IMG/VR virus record: IMGVR_UViG_3300007734_000743
Coordinates: 1-62,388 of that record
Strand: one strand, 5' to 3'
Source of the DNA: a virus
Lineage: Duplodnaviria; Caudoviricetes
DNA length: 62,388 nt
This document shows positions 56,557 through 62,388 of the stretch, piece by piece (positions within the stretch are counted from its first letter, which is position 1; every line of letters starts with the position of its first letter). A model generated the notes under the pieces. The model searched no databases. It was not told the DNA's origin and saw only the letters and a list, made by a program, of their open reading frames with translations. Position numbers and translations under genes: made by a program.

Positions 56557-58659
56557 ATGGATAAGAAAAAACAACAAAAGCAAATTATTGAGCAACGCGA
56601 GAAAATGTTGCGAGATGCAGCAAAGTTAGAACAAATTTTTGCTCAACTAGACGGTGATGAAATTGAGATAGAATACAGCTCAAGATATGAAGTTCCGCCT
56701 CCTGAGCCAAAAGACCAATCTAAATACAATCCGAACAAGCTTGTAGATATTGAAACATTTATCACTCATCCATACTATCTTAATTTAAGACCTTATCCCT
56801 GGCAGATTCTAGCATTAAAATTATTCTATGCTGGCTCGGAAGGAAACACAATCTTAGAGTTTAATGAATCCAAGAAAGAAGAAGCCGTAGGTTGCTCAGA
56901 TTGTGTGTGGAAGTATGTGGTTGATAATGAAAATGAATGTGCAGAAAAAATTGAAAAAGAAGAAAATTATCAATCCGTACTAAAGCCATTAAATTCAAGG
57001 TGCTTAAAGTGCGAAAGATGTCCTTTAAAAACTAAACAAACTAGATTAAATCATGAAATAAAAATTTCAGCTGATAAAGAATCTGAGAAAATTTTAACAG
57101 ACATTCTTGAATCTGAGCCAGAAGATTTATTTCAATCTGAAATTGATTTAATAGATGAAATTCCTGATGAAGCAGTAAAGTTGCAAATCAAAAATAAATT
57201 AAGGAATAAATTTCAAGAGCTTGTTTTGATTATTGGAAGACGGGGTTCTAAGTCGTTTATGACTGTTGCCATAGCCTTGTATGAGCTTTATAGGTTATTG
57301 TCAATGAAGCATCCACAAAAAAAACTTGGTTTGCCAGATTTTCAAGAAGTGGTAATTTTGAACGTGGCTAAAAATGAAGACCAGGCAAAAGACTCAATCT
57401 TTACACCTATGAAGAATGGTGCTGTATCTTCTCCTTTCTTTCAAAAATACATTGGAGTGGACAATGCTTTAGAAATGAAATTTTTAACCGACAGAGACAT
57501 TGAAGAAAACGAAAGAAGAAAAGCTAGAGGTTTAGCCGAGCTTGATGGCACAATTATTCTGAAATGCGGCTCGTCCTCTGCATCTGGCTTGGTTGGTAAA
57601 ACCTGCTGGTGCATTATTCTAGACGAGCTTGCTGCTATGGCGGGAGATAACCCAAACTCTGGAATTGATAAAAAATTATACGATGAACTGAAACCTTCTA
57701 TCGCAACATTTGGTAAAGAAGGAAAGATTATTTGTTTGTCCAACCCTAAGGGTCCTTTTGGCCAGTTATTTACACTTTATAATACTAGACTTGAAGACAG
57801 CATGACTTTGGTGTTAAAAATACCCACATGGCAAATAAATGCGAACATTGACAAACTTTGGTTAGAAGCACAAAGAAAAAATGACCCAATCGAGTACAAC
57901 ATGCAATTTGGTGCAGAGTTTGGAAATAACTCGCAGAATCCATTTCTTTCTCCAGAAGATGTAGATTATGCCTTTGTTAATTCTACGCAAGTATCAAGAA
58001 TGGAAAAGCGTGAAACTTCTGGCGAATATTATTGCCACGTAGACCCAGCAAATAGGTCTGATTATTATTGCATAGCTGTATGTGAAGCAGTGCCCACTGG
58101 AATAAGAGATTTGAATGGTAAAATGATAAAATCTTTTAATATTGTTCACATTCATTTTTGGGCTCCTAAAAAAATGAAACAACCAGTGCCAGTTAGAGAA
58201 GTGGAAGAATATCTTTTGCAACTTCATGACAAGTTCAGATTTAAACAAATTAGTTTTGACCAATGGGGCTCAATGGAAACTATTAATAAACTTCAACAAA
58301 TGGGGCTTCCTGTAGTGCTGAGAGTGTTTAACAAAGAGTACAAAGATAAAATTTATCTAAATCTGCTTGAAGCTTTCAGAGATAAGAGGATAAGATTTTA
58401 TAAAATGTCAGGCGGTAGAGTAAAAGACTCAAGAGACCAATGGATGGAAATAAATGAGATACCTGAGGCAAAAGACCAATTTATGTTTCTCCAAAAAAAA
58501 TGGAGAAATGGAAGGCAAATTATCGAAGCACTATCAGGCTATAAAGATGACATTCCAGATGCTGTTTCGGCTGTTATTTATGAAGCAGATGCAGAAATGA
58601 TGATGGCAAGAGCTTTACCAAGAGCAAGGGTGGCATATACAGGCAGAGGCTTAAGGTAA
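56557..58659 (+). CDS. terL: Terminase large subunit
   Basis: PYPWQ, IGRRGSKS, ILDELA, LSNP, HVDPA, SFDQW, DDIPDA. Confidence 0.92.
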   Translation: MDKKKQQKQIIEQREKMLRDAAKLEQIFAQLDGDEIEIEYSSRYEVPPPEPKDQSKYNPNKLVDIETFITHPYYLNLRPYPWQILALKLFYAGSEGNTILEFNESKKEEAVGCSDCVWKYVVDNENECAEKIEKEENYQSVLKPLNSRCLKCERCPLKTKQTRLNHEIKISADKESEKILTDILESEPEDLFQSEIDLIDEIPDEAVKLQIKNKLRNKFQELVLIIGRRGSKSFMTVAIALYELYRLLSMKHPQKKLGLPDFQEVVILNVAKNEDQAKDSIFTPMKNGAVSSPFFQKYIGVDNALEMKFLTDRDIEENERRKARGLAELDGTIILKCGSSSASGLVGKTCWCIILDELAAMAGDNPNSGIDKKLYDELKPSIATFGKEGKIICLSNPKGPFGQLFTLYNTRLEDSMTLVLKIPTWQINANIDKLWLEAQRKNDPIEYNMQFGAEFGNNSQNPFLSPEDVDYAFVNSTQVSRMEKRETSGEYYCHVDPANRSDYYCIAVCEAVPTGIRDLNGKMIKSFNIVHIHFWAPKKMKQPVPVREVEEYLLQLHDKFRFKQISFDQWGSMETINKLQQMGLPVVLRVFNKEYKDKIYLNLLEAFRDKRIRFYKMSGGRVKDSRDQWMEINEIPEAKDQFMFLQKKWRNGRQIIEALSGYKDDIPDAVSAVIYEADAEMMMARALPRARVAYTGRGLR

Positions 58660-58688
58660 AAGCACTACACTTTTAGAATAAAACAAGG

Positions 58689-59714
58689 ATGAGTATCAGG
58701 CTTGGTCAATATGGTGGTGTAGGTGGTCAGTATGCTCCGTTTTCGCCAGGTGGTTCTCCAAATTTCCGTGGAGGACCGAGTGGATATGCTGGTTACGGTG
58801 TAAACAATTTTTCTGGCGACACATCTATGGATGACTTAATGGGATTCTATAGAAAACCTGACATACTTTCTTTCGATAGACCAATCGAAAGCTTGCTAGA
58901 AACTTTTCATGATAATTTAGAGCTTGATGCCGAGCCATATCTTTTAGACTTTGATGAAAGAACAAAACTTAACCTAAAAAAGAAAATAAGAAATAAAGAA
59001 CAATACATAAAAGATTTGGGGAAGGAAAAACCTGTAGAAAATCCTATTCCCAAAAAAATCAAGACAGTAGAAGAGCTTCTTCATGAATTTAGAAGAAATG
59101 ATGATATAGATTTTAATAAGTTAGCTTCTAAAACTTCAAGCTATTACAGGCCAAAAACGGCTCCTCCGCTTCTTGACCAATTTTTACCTACAGTTGAAGA
59201 GTATGAAAATGAAGATAATCCTTTAAATCTCACAGGAAACAAATTAAAAGAACCTTGGCTTGGTCCCTACGACCCAATTTACGAGCCTGAAGATGGAATT
59301 GATAAATATATTGAAGAAAAACAAAGCCCTGAAAGAATTGATATGCATGCTTATTTCACAGGCTTGATGGATGCTTGGCAACCTGGGACCTCCCCTTCTT
59401 TCAATAATCCAAAACCTTTATACGATTTGCCATCAGCTGTAACTCCTGAATCAAAAAAAAATAACAAGAGTCTAGAAAGTAAATTAGAAGCTTTGAAAAA
59501 TAATCCAAACAATCTTGGCGGACAAGGAACTAATTTAGAATACACTCTTGACTGGGATAGAATGCTCAAAGGACAATATCCAGAAAGAGGCGTTACTAAT
59601 GAAGGCCCATATACTAATTCAGGACTAAATGATTATTCTCAAAATGATATGTTGAGTGTATCTTCCGACCCTATGTACAGCAGAAATCCTTATTTTGGGG
59701 TGAGCATACTTTGA
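58689..59714 (+). CDS. Hypothetical late (probable head-associated) protein
   Basis: SigH-type promoter; Gly/Pro-rich N-terminus. Confidence 0.65.
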   Translation: MSIRLGQYGGVGGQYAPFSPGGSPNFRGGPSGYAGYGVNNFSGDTSMDDLMGFYRKPDILSFDRPIESLLETFHDNLELDAEPYLLDFDERTKLNLKKKIRNKEQYIKDLGKEKPVENPIPKKIKTVEELLHEFRRNDDIDFNKLASKTSSYYRPKTAPPLLDQFLPTVEEYENEDNPLNLTGNKLKEPWLGPYDPIYEPEDGIDKYIEEKQSPERIDMHAYFTGLMDAWQPGTSPSFNNPKPLYDLPSAVTPESKKNNKSLESKLEALKNNPNNLGGQGTNLEYTLDWDRMLKGQYPERGVTNEGPYTNSGLNDYSQNDMLSVSSDPMYSRNPYFGVSIL

Positions 59715-60151
59715 AAAATGTTTTGAAAGCAATTGATTTGTTAGAACAAAATGGATGCTATAGGCTTGCCGATTTATTTCAAGACCAACTTATAAAAACT
59801 GCTGCATGGCCTTATAATCTTTCAGCTATTGATGAGCTGCCTCTATCGGCAAGGTTTTACACTTGGCAAAGAAATGAACAAGATTTCAATGAATTTGATA
59901 GAAAATTTTATAAAGAATTGTATTATAGATTACCAGATTATAGAAATCTTAAAACAGATTCAGATGAAAAACTTAACATGGAAGGTGAAATGCATGGTGA
60001 AGACCCCACACCTGGTCCAGCTTATGTAGACCCTGTTTACATGGTTAATTCACCTTCAATGAATGGAAGTCTTGACTACTTTACTTGGGACCAAGCTCAC
60101 GATATCAATCAAGGGCCAGAATATTGGAAAAATCTCAAACCAAGAGGATAA
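59711..60151 (+). CDS. Hypothetical late protein with LE..G...LAD.F...KTA motif
   Basis: N-terminal motif shared with other putative late genes. Confidence 0.7.
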   Translation: MKNVLKAIDLLEQNGCYRLADLFQDQLIKTAAWPYNLSAIDELPLSARFYTWQRNEQDFNEFDRKFYKELYYRLPDYRNLKTDSDEKLNMEGEMHGEDPTPGPAYVDPVYMVNSPSMNGSLDYFTWDQAHDINQGPEYWKNLKPRG

Positions 60152-60178
60152 AAACAAAACAAAGGAGAAAAATAATTT

Positions 60179-60625
60179 ATGCCACAGCCTATCGTACCAA
60201 TTCATAAACAAGAAAGTATGCCAATTACATTTGGAGAATCTATGCAGCCTGAATTTCAACTTTCTGAGCTACAATCAATTTTACTTCAAACTACAGCTTC
60301 TGCCAAAAGCAACACAAGATATTCTATAAATACGATTGCAGCTCTTCAAGATATTGATAAAAATACAGATTTTGTGGTCACAGCAGTAACAGATTCAAAC
60401 GAAAGGTATTGCTCTGTTCCTACTGAAATTGACGAAAATACAGTTTTAGCTTTGAAGGCAGAAGGCTTGATTTCAGGATACGGCAGGTCGGTAAAAATTA
60501 CTGAAAGGGGAAGAACTGCTCTTAGAGATGCTTATCTTTCAACAAAAAATAGTTTAAAAGAAAACAGAACATCTGATAAATTTGATTTTCGTTCATTTTC
60601 AAGAATTGCCAAAAAAGGAGAATAA
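60179..60625 (+). CDS. Late protein with a winged-helix-like segment
   Basis: LKAEGLI...VKITERGR..L. Confidence 0.6.
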   Translation: MPQPIVPIHKQESMPITFGESMQPEFQLSELQSILLQTTASAKSNTRYSINTIAALQDIDKNTDFVVTAVTDSNERYCSVPTEIDENTVLALKAEGLISGYGRSVKITERGRTALRDAYLSTKNSLKENRTSDKFDFRSFSRIAKKGE

Positions 60626-62388
60626 TGTTTAATAAAAGCGTTTTAGAATTACTTGCCAAGCAAGCACATAAGGACACAAACAGCAAGAAAACATCTGACA
60701 TATTTTTCTCTATGCTTAAAATTGCTCAAAGCGATAGTATGTATGATGAAATGCTTGATTTGCCTAATAAAAGAATTCGAAGCTTGCTGTCAGAGCCTGG
60801 TAAATACGAATACAAAACTCAAGACATAAGAAATGAATTACAAAAAAATCTAAATATCATGAGTGCTTTTGTTATTTCCAAAGCAAAAAATGAAGAGATT
60901 TCTGAAGCAGTGGGTGAGTTTATGCCTGTTAAATTCATCGAAAGTGCTTTAAACCAATTGGAAAAATACAACGGTGCAAATGCAAATGATTTTTCACTTA
61001 AAGGTCTTTTGAATGGAGCTTTAAGTTCAGCTACAAGACTTGTGGAACAAAGAAAACAAAAACAACAATCAAAAGGTGAATCTTCTTTAGAAATGTCGGG
61101 CGTTGAGGAAGGTGATACGTTCAAAGAACGGACAATAGACGAAAGTGCTCTAGCTAGGTTCGATGCACTTTTTGAAGAAGGGGCAGAGGGTGATGTGGAA
61201 GATAAAGAAACCGCTCTTGAACAAGCTTTAAATATTGTTTTAAGAAACGAAGAGTATGACATTTTAAGCGTCTTCGTTGAGGGAATTCTTTACCCAGCAT
61301 TACAGGAATTAAAACAAAGATTATCTGGTGAAATTACATCAAGTGTAATTGAAAAAGTAAAACCATTAATTACTCAAGGCATGAGTCAGCAACAAATTCA
61401 AAATCTTGTTTCAAAATTTGTTGAAGAAGATTCTGTACAAGCTCAAGCTGACTTTGATAAATTTTATACAGATACATTTAAGTTCATTAGAGACAATTAC
61501 GGGGTGCCAAAACGTAAATCTGGTCAAAGAGGACAAAAACAAGAGTTTAGCTTGAGAGAAGTGCAGGATGAAGTAATAAGACGAATACAAGCTTTGGACT
61601 TGGATAACATGGTTGATTACATCTTCAAGCAAAACTTTTATAAATTGCCAAAATGGGCTACTGGAGAAAATCAAGAATTAACCAAGGAAATAATTAAGCA
61701 AATTATTAAATCTGAAGTTATCATTAATGCTAAACAAGATATGAAAGTAAGCTTACCTGGAATTAAAAATAGACCGCAAGGAGGAAGAGCAAAGCTTTCC
61801 CAGATTGATATTGTTGAGCACCTAATGATGAAGAGAATTAAAAATCTTACAGAGGATGAAGCTGAACAATCTAAATTGATTTCTGAAACATTAAAACGCT
61901 TAGGGTCAAAAGTAGACCCTGAAACAAAACAAGTGATTCATAAACCAAAAGACATGACACAATATCGTCTTTTCCAACACACCACTCCAATGATGATGGC
62001 AGCTTACTTTCAAAAAGCTTCCGAAGAATATGGTGAGAAGTTTTCAGAATTATCTGATGAGGAGCAACAAGACGTAATTGAAAAAGTACAATCGGCTATT
62101 TACAGAGGCGGAAAACTTCCTTACACATTTGATGTAGGGGCAAATGAGTTGAGGGCAACTCCTTATAGTTCGGTTGGAGAGGATGCAGAAAATATTACCA
62201 GGCAAAATGTTCAAGAAAGACTTCAGCAAGCTATGGGAATCAGAGGTGGAAGGCTTCAAGGAGGTGGTTTCATGAAATCAATGATGCCAATTCAGCCTAA
62301 GATTACCCCTCCAACACAATCTGATAAACCAAAACCAGAAAAACCAATAGAGCCCGTTTCTTATTCTGGTGACGATTTTGCTTCAAGC
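60625..62388 (+). CDS. Large protein, 5' part only (at least 588 aa; absent from the ORF track because no stop is reached)
   Basis: AGGAG ribosome-binding site; ATG overlaps the upstream TAA; frame open to the window end (MFNKSVLELLAKQAH...MLKIAQS...). Confidence 0.85.
   Translation, partial: MFNKSVLELLAKQAHKDTNSKKTSDIFFSMLKIAQSDSMYDEMLDLPNKRIRSLLSEPGKYEYKTQDIRNELQKNLNIMSAFVISKAKNEEISEAVGEFMPVKFIESALNQLEKYNGANANDFSLKGLLNGALSSATRLVEQRKQKQQSKGESSLEMSGVEEGDTFKERTIDESALARFDALFEEGAEGDVEDKETALEQALNIVLRNEEYDILSVFVEGILYPALQELKQRLSGEITSSVIEKVKPLITQGMSQQQIQNLVSKFVEEDSVQAQADFDKFYTDTFKFIRDNYGVPKRKSGQRGQKQEFSLREVQDEVIRRIQALDLDNMVDYIFKQNFYKLPKWATGENQELTKEIIKQIIKSEVIINAKQDMKVSLPGIKNRPQGGRAKLSQIDIVEHLMMKRIKNLTEDEAEQSKLISETLKRLGSKVDPETKQVIHKPKDMTQYRLFQHTTPMMMAAYFQKASEEYGEKFSELSDEEQQDVIEKVQSAIYRGGKLPYTFDVGANELRATPYSSVGEDAENITRQNVQERLQQAMGIRGGRLQGGGFMKSMMPIQPKITPPTQSDKPKPEKPIEPVSYSGDDFASS

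Larger units (their letters stand above)
5991..60178. promoter_or_regulatory. Sixteen SigH-like promoters AGG(A/T)-N18-(T/G/A)AA(A/T)-N8-start (upstream of starts at 6025, 10004, 10569, 11138, 12099, 14312, 14361, 15945, 16043, 19106, 21036, 23675, 25978, 27361, 58689, 60179)
   Basis: Spacing counted by hand; AGGW lies 34 nt before the start codon in 12 cases and 33-37 nt in the rest. Confidence 0.85.

Noticed and set aside
36623-58659. Inteins or introns in dnaE, recA, nrdAB, terL
   Set aside because: No C/S...HN-C/S/T intein ends, no LAGLIDADG blocks, and frames are uninterrupted
1120-62259. Many short antisense or overlapping ORFs in the track (for example 9198..9593, 32265..32690, 51165..51572, 60819..61262)
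   Set aside because: Shadows of well-supported genes on the opposite strand or in another frame, with no motifs or promoters
1-62388. Stop-codon reassignment
   Set aside because: Conserved genes are full length in the standard code, coding density is high, and TAA, TAG and TGA all terminate genes

Overview
AT-rich (roughly one-third GC by eye) segment of a large tailed dsDNA bacteriophage read in the standard genetic code. From left to right: (1) 1-3.8 kb, an array of eight small cassettes, each starting with the same ~60-bp promoter module that ends directly on the start codon (leaderless); one cassette carries a structured ncRNA instead of an ORF. (2) A G/C-run-rich non-coding region flanking an HNH endonuclease, then two tRNAs (an initiator-like tRNA-Met with a 24-nt anticodon-loop insertion, and tRNA-Glu). 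(3) 5-27 kb, an accessory region: LolA-like protein, glycosyltransferases, CCA-adding enzyme, SOD, ferritin-like protein, GIY-YIG nuclease, bS21, HAD phosphatase, IMPDH/GMPR, RusA, and four adjacent unrelated genes that share the N-terminus MWYKY(SQE). (4) 27-55 kb, a bacterial-type replication and recombination block: split SbcC with SbcD, AAA ATPase, DnaC-like loader, DnaB, split primase, DnaE, SSB-like protein, RecA, RecJ, NrdAB, MazG, DnaX, DnaN, HolA-like protein, SpoVS-like protein and two or three sigma factors. (5) Terminase and the start of a probable head/virion block. Structure not explained by the gene list: a 9-mer (ACACAATCT) present in about 39 exact copies where about 1 is expected; 16 SigH-type promoters (AGGW-N18-DAAW-N8-start), mostly leaderless, matching a phage-encoded SigH; shared N-terminal peptides on these putative late genes that may be capsid-targeting signals; and apparent avoidance of GATC. 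All functional calls come from motif recognition by eye, not database searches.
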